A stretch of 64,000 bases of DNA from the IMG/VR virus record IMGVR_UViG_3300045988_179268, positions 255,427 through 319,426 of that record; one strand, 5' to 3'. The notes under the pieces are model-generated. The model saw only the letters and a list, made by a program, of their open reading frames with translations, was not told the origin of the DNA and ran no database searches. Source of the stretch: a virus. Positions 26,664-34,248 of this stretch are shown piece by piece. How positions within the stretch are numbered: position 1 is the stretch's first letter; each line of letters starts with the position of its first letter. Made by a program: the position numbers and the translations under genes.

Positions 26664-27431
26664 ATGACTGACAACGCCAACGTCCCCCGCATTGCCCTGC
26701 ACACGGAAATTCCTGCTGACGCACCACAGTCGTTCATCGACTCCATGAAGCAGATGCGTGAACTTGACGGCGCATCCAAGGAAGCCGCCCTCAAGACCCT
26801 CGAACGCAACGGTATCACAGCACAGGAAATTGCCGCACACCTGGGCATGAGCGAAGAAGAGCTTCTGAGTGATAATTTTGACTTCCCGCTAGATGTTTAC
26901 CCTGAGCATATTGAGTCTGCTATCCGCAAGGTTCACACTCAGTATATTGGTGCAGGTACTTATAGTACCCGCATTGGTGGTCATACTTACACTGTTGGCG
27001 GCAAGGTAACTCTCAAGGTGTTCCCGCGCAATGACCCGCATTGGCATGAAATTGACGACTGGGAAACTACTCTGGAAGCTGTCGTGTATCAGATTCGTGG
27101 TGGCGAGGTTCAGCTGATGCCCGTCATCACCTATGAGCCGGGCACTCTGGAGCTTATGGATTTTGAAGAGTGGCAGGCGCGTCAGGCTGGTTTCAGTGGC
27201 TCGCCGGTAGTCATTAAATCCGAAGCCGCGTTCAACCGTTTCGGTACCCGTAACATCGCTGTTGTTCGCTCTGAACAGCCTCGTGAGCAGGATAAGCCGA
27301 CCGTTGATGAGTTCCGCAATGCCGATTTCACGTGCCTTTTCAATATGGAAGATACTGTTTCTCCTATGGATTGGCGACGTATGCACGCTCTCAATGGGTG
27401 GATTTCCACTCAGGGTACTTATACTGAGTAG
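26664..27431 (+). CDS. Hypothetical protein with a possible N-terminal HTH
   Basis: NGITAQEIAAHLGMSEEEL looks HTH-like. The SD sequence GGAAAGGA is 13 nt upstream. Confidence 0.6.
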   Translation: MTDNANVPRIALHTEIPADAPQSFIDSMKQMRELDGASKEAALKTLERNGITAQEIAAHLGMSEEELLSDNFDFPLDVYPEHIESAIRKVHTQYIGAGTYSTRIGGHTYTVGGKVTLKVFPRNDPHWHEIDDWETTLEAVVYQIRGGEVQLMPVITYEPGTLELMDFEEWQARQAGFSGSPVVIKSEAAFNRFGTRNIAVVRSEQPREQDKPTVDEFRNADFTCLFNMEDTVSPMDWRRMHALNGWISTQGTYTE

Positions 27432-27458
27432 CGGCAGAAGTTGCGCCTTTGCGCTATA

Positions 27459-27515
27459 AGTTTAGGGAGGCTATCGGGCTGGATGTAATGTTTAGCTTGG
27501 TAGCCTCCCTAAACT
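27459..27515 (+). terminator. Hairpin terminator
   Basis: 15-bp stem agtttagggaggcta/tagcctccctaaact followed by tttttat. Confidence 0.7.
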
Positions 27516-27547
27516 TTTTATATGCCTCGAAAGGGTCTTTACTAACC

Positions 27548-28069
27548 ATGTCTGTAAATCCTGCTGAATATGACGCTGAATACGCGATTGATGATGCTTA
27601 TGAGACGTTGCCGTTCTCTGAGCTTGAGCTTCGCGTTGCGATGATGAGTGCCCCGTCCTACCTGTATGGAACGATTGATTTACCTGAGCCTTTACCGTTC
27701 CCGCTGGAAGCTAACACGCTTGTACGCCCGCTACTGAATATCTCCAGCGTCAACGAAGAAATTTCGGCAGACGGTTCATACTCCATGAAATGCGACGTTA
27801 CAGACATTAACACTGGTGAGGGTTTAGAAGACCTCAACGGGCATCTGCATACCCGCAATGTCGCTGACATTATTCCTCGCGCTGTAGCCCACAGTATTAA
27901 CGCGCACACTAGCGAAATCCCAGGTCATTCATGGATTTACGAAAATCCCTACTGGGCACTCTACCAGCCGGAACTTAATCGCATCCAGTTCGCTTACCCC
28001 CTTGCAGGTACTCAGACTGACCTGGACATCCCCACTTTGGAAGACTTAAACGCCGGATACGAAAGCTAA
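27548..28069 (+). CDS. Hypothetical protein
   Basis: ATG 27548 (MSVNPAEY). The ORF-track start at 27449 runs through the terminator hairpin. Confidence 0.6.
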   Translation: MSVNPAEYDAEYAIDDAYETLPFSELELRVAMMSAPSYLYGTIDLPEPLPFPLEANTLVRPLLNISSVNEEISADGSYSMKCDVTDINTGEGLEDLNGHLHTRNVADIIPRAVAHSINAHTSEIPGHSWIYENPYWALYQPELNRIQFAYPLAGTQTDLDIPTLEDLNAGYES

Positions 28070-28086
28070 AGCGTCCTTCACACATG

Positions 28087-28132
28087 GAAAAGCCCCTAGA
28101 AACACCTCTCATTGAGGCTCTAGGGGCTTTTC
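28087..28132. terminator. Bidirectional hairpin
   Basis: 14-bp stem gaaaagcccctaga/tctaggggcttttc. Confidence 0.75.
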
Positions 28133-28154
28133 TGTGCCCTTATACAGCTTCTAC

Positions 28155-28955
28155 CTAAAACAGTGCCATGTCGGTAAAATGCTTCGTTTCAGAAGCTTCC
28201 ACTGCCACATAGCCTGGGAGGGCTTCACGGACAGCAATAGGGGCATCTAGGGTATCCCACTCTTCGGCAGGATGAGTGAGGAACCAGCCAATGCGGGCAA
28301 TTGACTCAGGCATCGCCATCATATCCGCCAAAGTTGAGTCCATCACATCGAACGCCTCAGTGAGAATGCGACCAAGCGGCGAGTCCGCCACCTGAGAAGG
28401 CTTGAGAGGCACAAGCGACTCAACACCCTCAGAGTCAATAAGGCGCGACAAGTCAGCATAGCCGTAACCATCAATAAACTCAATTGCAGGCAAGAAACCT
28501 AGCATCGCATCAATACCGACAGCTGAAATTAGTTTCTTCATATGCGGGCTGACTAACAGATTCAACGTTGCCTGCTGTTCGGCTGTGAACTTACGGACAC
28601 CATGCGTGAACAGTGGCGCTAGTGGGTGCGCATGGGCAGATGCGGAGATGCGCTTCAAGTCTTCAAGTCCAGTATTCGCATTGAAAGCTTCTGCAACACC
28701 TAACGCCTCCAAAGCAAGACTGTAAGAACCGGCAGATAGTGCCGCCTTATGCCACATCCCAGGCGACATGCCGTAGTTGTCAAAGCGGCTAGTGGGCGCA
28801 GGCGGAATTTCTAGCCCATCAGGAAGCCCTAGCGTGCGGTAGACACGTCGCATATAAGAATCCCAGGGGGTAGAAGCGCAGTCCTTCAAGATGTATCGAG
28901 CGAACTGCTGGAAGTTAGGTGCTGACAACTGCATGACTTCGGGTTTTTCAGACAT
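28155..28955 (-). CDS. Hypothetical protein
   Basis: ATG follows AAGGAAGGA on the minus strand. Confidence 0.7.
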   Translation of the reverse strand: MSEKPEVMQLSAPNFQQFARYILKDCASTPWDSYMRRVYRTLGLPDGLEIPPAPTSRFDNYGMSPGMWHKAALSAGSYSLALEALGVAEAFNANTGLEDLKRISASAHAHPLAPLFTHGVRKFTAEQQATLNLLVSPHMKKLISAVGIDAMLGFLPAIEFIDGYGYADLSRLIDSEGVESLVPLKPSQVADSPLGRILTEAFDVMDSTLADMMAMPESIARIGWFLTHPAEEWDTLDAPIAVREALPGYVAVEASETKHFTDMALF

Positions 28956-29019
28956 TTCTGTAACATCCTTCCTTAATTCTTAGTGGATTATGTTGAAGTG
29001 TTAAGTGAGATAGGCTGGT

Positions 29020-29766
29020 TTACCGGAAGAACGAAGAGCTAGTCTTGGCTTTGCCGCCAATTTCGGTTGGTAAATTAAGGCTGGACAGGTTGTAGCGTGA
29101 GCCAGCTGTATTAGCGACTTTCTTCGCACGTTCTTGGCGACGCTTTTCTTTACGGTTCGGGACACTGACCGGGCGTGACATGTTAGCGCGGATAGCCATC
29201 TCACGCATTTCTTCCGGGGTATAATTCACAGAGCGACAACACGAGGTGAACAGCGCCACCAACATATCCGGCGGGATGGTAAGCGTAATGTCTTCCCCAT
29301 CTGTAGTAAATGTGAAGTCTACCAGCCCAGGGACACCCTTCCGAGGCTTAGATGTTAGCATGTCACCATAGGTGTCCCCGATGCGGCATGTCCTATCCTT
29401 GGGTGGTGATGGTGGGTCAATCTTAATATGAGCCGTCCCGCCGCTAGACTTTAACCTCGCCTGAGTACCTTCCACGTCTGCCACAAGCCCGCTATCAAAA
29501 GCTAAATCTCGCAACTGCCGTTCATTATACCCAGTCATGGGGATAGTTGCGGTGAAGAACGCAATAATCTGCTTCGGGTCAAGAATTACCTGCGCCGTCC
29601 TATATCTTTCTTCACCGCTATCTGTAGATGGCAGTACTTCTACGACCTCTAGAAACGCGCCGTGAATATCCCCACCAGCCGGGGACACTAAAATCATATT
29701 TCCATTAGTGAAGGTGAACTCGATAGGTTCTCCTGCCTTGAATGGTTTACGGGCATGAATAGCCAT
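29020..29766 (-). CDS. Hypothetical protein with a basic C-terminus
   Basis: ATG 29766 (MAIHARKPF) sits 5 nt after GGAAAGG. ATG 29784 is an alternative. Confidence 0.65.
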   Translation of the reverse strand: MAIHARKPFKAGEPIEFTFTNGNMILVSPAGGDIHGAFLEVVEVLPSTDSGEERYRTAQVILDPKQIIAFFTATIPMTGYNERQLRDLAFDSGLVADVEGTQARLKSSGGTAHIKIDPPSPPKDRTCRIGDTYGDMLTSKPRKGVPGLVDFTFTTDGEDITLTIPPDMLVALFTSCCRSVNYTPEEMREMAIRANMSRPVSVPNRKEKRRQERAKKVANTAGSRYNLSSLNLPTEIGGKAKTSSSFFR

Positions 29767-29877
29767 GTGAGCCTTTCCAAACATAACAACTGTTACATAA
29801 AATTATAACAGGCCCAGGGGACAAAAACGGCGGTACGCCTGCTTTATACAGGGCGTACCGCCGTAAATATTGAGGGC

Positions 29878-30210
29878 TTACTTGGAGCCGTTAGCCTCAG
29901 CAATCTCATCCTTAGTCAGCTTAATAGCGCCGACCACCTTATTAACACTCTTCGACACCTTAGCAGTGACAGTCTTATGAGCGGGCTTAGTGATGACCTC
30001 GCCGTTTCGCGGGTTCTTGTGGTCACGCTCACCACGCAGAGCAATATCAAAGTTCACAAAGCCAAGAATCTGGAGGGGCTTACCCTCTGCCAGATGCGAC
30101 TTAATGCCCTCAATCAGCTCCTTAGCGAACTTACGACCAGCGGTTAGCGAAATGCCAGCCTTCTCTGCCGCGTCATCAACAATGGTCTGCCAAGCGTTCT
30201 TCTCAGCCAT
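29878..30210 (-). CDS. hup: HU/IHF-family DNA-binding protein
   Basis: ...AAEKAGISLTAGRKFAKELIEGIKSHLAEGKPLQILGFVNFDIALRGERDHKNPRNGEVITKPAHKTVTAKVSKSV matches the HU core (GFGxF...R.GRNP.TGE.I.I.A). Confidence 0.85.
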   Translation of the reverse strand: MAEKNAWQTIVDDAAEKAGISLTAGRKFAKELIEGIKSHLAEGKPLQILGFVNFDIALRGERDHKNPRNGEVITKPAHKTVTAKVSKSVNKVVGAIKLTKDEIAEANGSK

Positions 30211-30547
30211 AAGAGTTACCTCAATCATATAGAGTTATTATTTACAGGTGCATTGCAGTGCCAGGGCAACATCTAGGACGCTACCTTTATATGGCATGTT
30301 CATGCACCGCGACAGTGGAAAATCCGCCTGTCATGGCAAGATATAGCGCGTTACGCATCTTGACCAGTAGAACCTAGATGCTTAGGAGTATCCTTGAGGC
30401 ACCCAAGACGCGAAAGATAAATCTCAGCGCCGAAACAGGTTCGATACCTCAAGTTTAGCATAACCACTCGCCAAAACTTGGTTTTTCAAAAGATTTAACA
30501 GTGAAACACCTCACACAAAAAAATAATATAAATCCGGTATAATGGGC

Positions 30548-30575
30548 TTGCAACCCACCTGGACTGTGCTATACT
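30548..30575 (+). promoter_or_regulatory. Promoter, TTGCAA-N16-TGTGcTATACT, inside a 650-bp ORF-free region
   Basis: -35 at 30548-30553 and the motif at 30565-30575. A second TATAAT lies at 30538-30543. Confidence 0.55.
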
Positions 30576-30581
30576 TGTGTT

Positions 30582-30813
30582 ACGGGGCGACTTAACCCGC
30601 CGCTCCCTAACATAACCCTTGCAGGTCTAACCCGCCTGCATCCCATTGCTTAGAAACTCTCCTGCACTACCTGAATCCATCACCAACAGGTAAGAGAGTA
30701 TCATCTAAGTAAGTAGGGGCACGCCTAACACCACCATAACCACCCGGCGTGCCCCTACATCACCCCAAGTGGAGTCGCATAAACAAACCCCGTTTATGTG
30801 ACTCCACTTTTTT
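30582..30813 (+). ncRNA. Candidate ~230-nt non-coding RNA
   Basis: Bounded by the promoter at 30548-30575 and an intrinsic terminator at 30767-30813 (17-bp stem plus T6). Internal hairpins are tgcagg/cctgca (30619-30639) and a 13-bp stem gtaggggcacgcc/ggcgtgcccctac (30713-30758). No ATG with an SD sequence inside. Confidence 0.4.
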
Positions 30814-30883
30814 GCTATGTACGCAATATGCCTACCATTAAACTGTAGGACACACATAAATAGAAGAAGAAAGACCTAAAAAC

Positions 30884-32119
30884 ATGACAACACAAACAAC
30901 AGGGACAGATTCTCCTCCGAAATACCATCTCAACAACGATAACGACTTCGGTAAATGTGACGCGAAAGAAGCAGAGAGGTGCCCTTACCGAGATAATCCG
31001 CATGGGTCACTGAACCACGTCTGCACCATTGCTGAACAGATGTCCAATGATAAGTTTGCCCCAAAGTATGCTCGCGAAAAAGCAAGACGTGAAGCATATG
31101 AAGCGAAACGTGCGCAAAAGATGGCATCGGAAAAGGCAGACGCGAAAAAAGTTGGTTCAGACACCACTCCAGCCACTCAACCAAATGCTGACGCTAAGCC
31201 CAAACCATCAGCCACCAAGCCGCCATCTCCTAAGCCTGGCATCCCTAAACCAGGTAGTATGCCGCACCCAACGCCACCCAACGCCAGTAAGCCACGCACA
31301 TTACCTAACGCTAAGTCGATAGCTGATACGCCTCTCCAGCCTGGCGACATAAAAGTTTCAGGTCTTAATGGGCGCACTTATATTCTTCCTTCACCGAAAG
31401 AGCGAACACCTCAGACGGAAGAAGAGTACTTAGTTGAACTGGAAAAGCAACGCATCTACCTAGATAGGGCAAGGTACATCACTGACCGTGATGCAAAGAT
31501 GCGTGACCCTAAGACTCCGGCGCGGGAGGTTCGTAGATTACAGCGTGAACTTGACCGGGAGAAGTCTAAGGCTGAGGAAAATGGTGTGCCGTGGGATGTT
31601 CCTCAGATTCTTTCATTGTGGGCTTTTAAACAGAGAACTGCCCGTAAAAAGGGTACTCGCGCGCATTGGCCCCGTCTCACGAAGGGTCAAAGGCAAATCA
31701 CTTATCAGCAGATGGATGAGGCAAGCATCGAAAGGTTCCATCAGCATGTGAAAGCCATCAACCCGGTCACACTTGATTTCAGTCAGCATGTGTATGAGAA
31801 ACTAGCCACGGGGAAACTGGCAGGGCTGACGGCGGAAGATGTATACTTCACGCTTCAATCGTATAACCCTGGCACATATTCCATCACAGAATACGACGAT
31901 AAACGTAAATCTGGGCGGTCTATCAGTATTCGTTCAAAGGAGTATAGTCGTGTTATCGCCCCTGAGAAGGGTGCACCGCCGGAAGAGTGCAACCTCATCC
32001 TAGTTATCAGTATCGACCCGCCACATCAGCAGGTAGTTACCGCGTATTGGAAGCCTGTGAATCAGTTCCCGAAAGAGTCCGGTATTCGATTTAAAGACCG
32101 TTGGCTCAAGGTCACATAA
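30884..32119 (+). CDS. Hypothetical protein with an N-terminal H..C..CPY..H knuckle and a Pro/Lys-rich linker
   Basis: KYHLNNDNDFGKCDAKEAERCPYRDNPHG, then KPKPSATKPPSPKPGIPKPGSMPHPTPP. Confidence 0.7.
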   Translation: MTTQTTGTDSPPKYHLNNDNDFGKCDAKEAERCPYRDNPHGSLNHVCTIAEQMSNDKFAPKYAREKARREAYEAKRAQKMASEKADAKKVGSDTTPATQPNADAKPKPSATKPPSPKPGIPKPGSMPHPTPPNASKPRTLPNAKSIADTPLQPGDIKVSGLNGRTYILPSPKERTPQTEEEYLVELEKQRIYLDRARYITDRDAKMRDPKTPAREVRRLQRELDREKSKAEENGVPWDVPQILSLWAFKQRTARKKGTRAHWPRLTKGQRQITYQQMDEASIERFHQHVKAINPVTLDFSQHVYEKLATGKLAGLTAEDVYFTLQSYNPGTYSITEYDDKRKSGRSISIRSKEYSRVIAPEKGAPPEECNLILVISIDPPHQQVVTAYWKPVNQFPKESGIRFKDRWLKVT

Positions 32120-32176
32120 CAATGATAGCTATATGTTATGCAACACGAACTTAATGTGAAGGAATAATTACGAAAA

Positions 32177-32587
32177 ATGGCACGCCCCCAATACCCAGTC
32201 ATCACGCTTACTTACGAGAATAGGCGAACAGGCACATATCGAGTTATCATCGCTCCCGGTGTAACTGTTCAATCGGAAACGGGCGACATTCCCTTAGAGG
32301 ATGTAGCGGCGAAAGCACGCATCACATTCAAAATGAGGGAAAGACTCACCAGTGACAGGGATAGCCTCTACAAAACGTTAGAAGACGTTTGTACAAACCC
32401 GAACATTCGCAGTAAGCCCGAGTTGTGGCGCATTATCGTACTTAGCGACGATGACCTAGAAACTGTATCCGACTTGTGTACAAGTGAGAACGTCGAAGTT
32501 GCGGAGATGACGCTTCGTGAAATTGGTCAGCGGGCTAAACAGGTGTATGATGGTTCCTTGGAACCTGTTAGAAATATTATCAAATAG
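32177..32587 (+). CDS. Hypothetical protein
   Basis: ORF-track frame. The SD sequence is weak. Confidence 0.6.
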   Translation: MARPQYPVITLTYENRRTGTYRVIIAPGVTVQSETGDIPLEDVAAKARITFKMRERLTSDRDSLYKTLEDVCTNPNIRSKPELWRIIVLSDDDLETVSDLCTSENVEVAEMTLREIGQRAKQVYDGSLEPVRNIIK

Positions 32588-32588
32588 T

Positions 32589-32617
32589 TTGCATACCTGA
32601 TTTTTATATGCTATAGT
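32589..32617 (+). promoter_or_regulatory. Promoter, TTGCAT-N17-TGcTATAGT, upstream of a four-tRNA cluster
   Basis: -35 at 32589-32594 and the extended -10 at 32609-32617. Confidence 0.55.
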
Positions 32618-32721
32618 AGGTTAAGGACGGGCGGCTACAGCTTGTCCAACAAAACACAGGGGTTCGCGAATCTTGTGTCCCATGTGGGAATCTTGACAGT
32701 AGTTGAGGTTCCCACATATAA

Positions 32722-32794
32722 TGGGGTATGGTGTAATGGCAGTCACGCCGGTCTTTGGAACCGTGTAGTGTAGGTTCGAATCCTGCTACCCCAG
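32722..32794 (+). tRNA. tRNA-Gln (anticodon TTG)
   Basis: Acceptor tggggta/tacccca, anticodon loop ctTTGga, T arm gtagg-ttcgaat-cctgc. Confidence 0.8.
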
Positions 32795-32816
32795 CTTAAA
32801 ACTAAATATTGTTTAT

Positions 32817-32888
32817 TGAGATGTGGTGTAATTGGCAACACGCCGGGCTCTGACCCCGGTACTTTAGGTTCGAATCCTACCATCTCAG
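32817..32888 (+). tRNA. tRNA-Gln (anticodon CTG)
   Basis: Acceptor tgagatg/catctca, anticodon stem ccggg/cccgg with loop ctCTGac, T loop ggttcgaatcc. Confidence 0.8.
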
Positions 32889-32921
32889 CGTCAGTCGAGA
32901 GTTCCACCTCTGGGCTGTTTT

Positions 32922-33010
32922 GGATAGGTGGCAGAGCGGCTTAATGCACTGGTCTTGAAAACCAGAGAGCCCTTAGCGGGGTTCCGCGGGTTCGAATCCC
33001 GCCCTATCCG
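32922..33010 (+). tRNA. tRNA-Ser (anticodon TGA), long variable arm
   Basis: Acceptor ggatagg/cctatcc, anticodon stem ctggt/accag with loop ctTGAaa, variable arm gagcccttagcggggttc. Confidence 0.85.
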
Positions 33011-33015
33011 CATTT

Positions 33016-33088
33016 TCCTCCTTAGCTCAATTGGTAGAGCGACGGTTTCATACGCCGTTGGTTATCGGTTCAAGTCCGGTAGGAGGGT
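33016..33088 (+). tRNA. tRNA-Met or Ile2 (anticodon CAT)
   Basis: Acceptor tcctcct/aggaggg (U1-G72), anticodon stem acggt/gccgt with loop ttCATac, T arm atcgg-ttcaagt-ccggt. Confidence 0.75.
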
Positions 33089-33124
33089 CGTCAAAAATAT
33101 ATTCACTGTCAGCAGTGGAAAATG

Positions 33125-33170
33125 AGGTGACCAGCAAGCTATAACTGTAGCACACTGGTCACCTTTTTTT
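33125..33170 (+). terminator. Rho-independent terminator of the tRNA cluster
   Basis: Stem aggtgaccag/ctggtcacct followed by T7. Confidence 0.8.
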
Positions 33171-33204
33171 ATATTCCTTTTCGCAACTAGCGGGTAAAAG
33201 AAAT

Positions 33205-33243
33205 TTACCCCTGATGGAGTGTTCTCTACTTCATCAGGGGTAA
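33205..33243 (-). terminator. Hairpin after the minus-strand gene pair
   Basis: 12-bp stem ttacccctgatg/catcaggggtaa just past the stop at 33252. Confidence 0.6.
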
Positions 33244-33251
33244 TCCAATGT

Positions 33252-33584
33252 TTATGCCTCAACCTCGCCAATAACGAAAGTTACCTCATCGACTTCCGTA
33301 TCCACCTCAATATCAAGAATAGGGGTGATTGAGGTGACGTTATGTTTAAACCCAGCGAGTGCTTCCGGCGCATATTCCTCATGGTTAATCACCTTATGAA
33401 GAGTACGTGCTATCCCGCCGGTTGGGGAAACAATGGTGCCGCTAACATGGGTCTTAGTGGGGCTATGCGGGACGTTCAAAGTTGAGATTTTAAGCTTGTA
33501 CCCGGACATATCTTTATCTGCAAGCTTAGCTAGTTCTGAGATGAAGAAGTTTGACCGGGCAGGGAAGGTGATAGTCGTAGTCAA
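33252..33584 (-). CDS. Hypothetical protein
   Basis: TTG start sits 8 nt after AAGAGG on the minus strand. Confidence 0.6.
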   Translation of the reverse strand: MTTTITFPARSNFFISELAKLADKDMSGYKLKISTLNVPHSPTKTHVSGTIVSPTGGIARTLHKVINHEEYAPEALAGFKHNVTSITPILDIEVDTEVDEVTFVIGEVEA

Positions 33585-33596
33585 AGTGTGTGCCTC

Positions 33597-34001
33597 TTAG
33601 TAGTGCTTCTTGTTGAGAGTGAGGGTGCCTTCGCCTGCGAGGATTTCGCCGTTGAGGTGAATGGGGCGGTTACCCGTAATAGAGATGTTGCCGTCAATGT
33701 CGCCGGTACCAGATACAATAATGTCCCCGCCGATGACTGCGTTACCCTTTGCGGCTACAAGACCACGCAACGCGGCGTTACCTTCGACTACGGCATTCTC
33801 GTATGCACGGGCGACACCGTACACCCATGCGCCACCGTCATGCGAGAGGTTCTTTTCACTCTCTACGTATCCGCCGTAGGTTCCTGCTTCAATGGTATTC
33901 TTGCCATTGGTGAAGGTGCGTACTGCGCGGATGCGGTAGACCTTGGAGCCGGATGCGGTGGTGAGAACGTCCTTAGTGAGTTCGTACTTCTTTTCAGACA
34001 T
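33597..34001 (-). CDS. Left-handed beta-helix repeat protein (YdcK-like, no Cys/His module)
   Basis: ATG 34001 (MSEKKYEL) follows AAAGGAAA. VYRIRAVRTF...GGYVESEKNLSHDGGAWVYGVARAYENAVVEGNAALRGLVAAKGNAVIGGDIIVSGTGDIDGNISITGN. Confidence 0.7.
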   Translation of the reverse strand: MSEKKYELTKDVLTTASGSKVYRIRAVRTFTNGKNTIEAGTYGGYVESEKNLSHDGGAWVYGVARAYENAVVEGNAALRGLVAAKGNAVIGGDIIVSGTGDIDGNISITGNRPIHLNGEILAGEGTLTLNKKHY

Positions 34002-34248
34002 GGTGTTTCCTTTGTGTTGAGCGTTATCCCCGTCTGATTTGGGGTTATACACATTATTTTACCACCAATTTATGTGTTCCACATATTTTTCTACCTGTGG
34101 TGTTGTACACATCTTCGATGCTTGGGCGTATATGCTAGAATGTTTTATATGCTGTTCGCACCGCTTGCGATACCCCTAAGCGGGGTCTTATCTGTGGTGT
34201 GGGTGAGCCTATTTTCTGATACTACATGGTTAGGTTGGTATTTTATAC

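Noticed and set aside
32640-32700. Possible degenerate tRNA (ggttcgcgaatc resembles a T-loop)
   Set aside because: No acceptor stem or anticodon arm can be folded around it.
32692-32722. Near-consensus TTGACA-N18-TATAAT
   Set aside because: The -10 hexamer overlaps the first base of tRNA-Gln, so initiation would fall inside the mature tRNA. The sequence is also half of an inverted repeat (atgtgggaa/ttcccacat). The promoter at 32589-32617 is the better candidate.
33062-33271. 69-aa minus-strand ORF
   Set aside because: It overlaps the 3' end of a tRNA and two terminator hairpins. It has no SD sequence.
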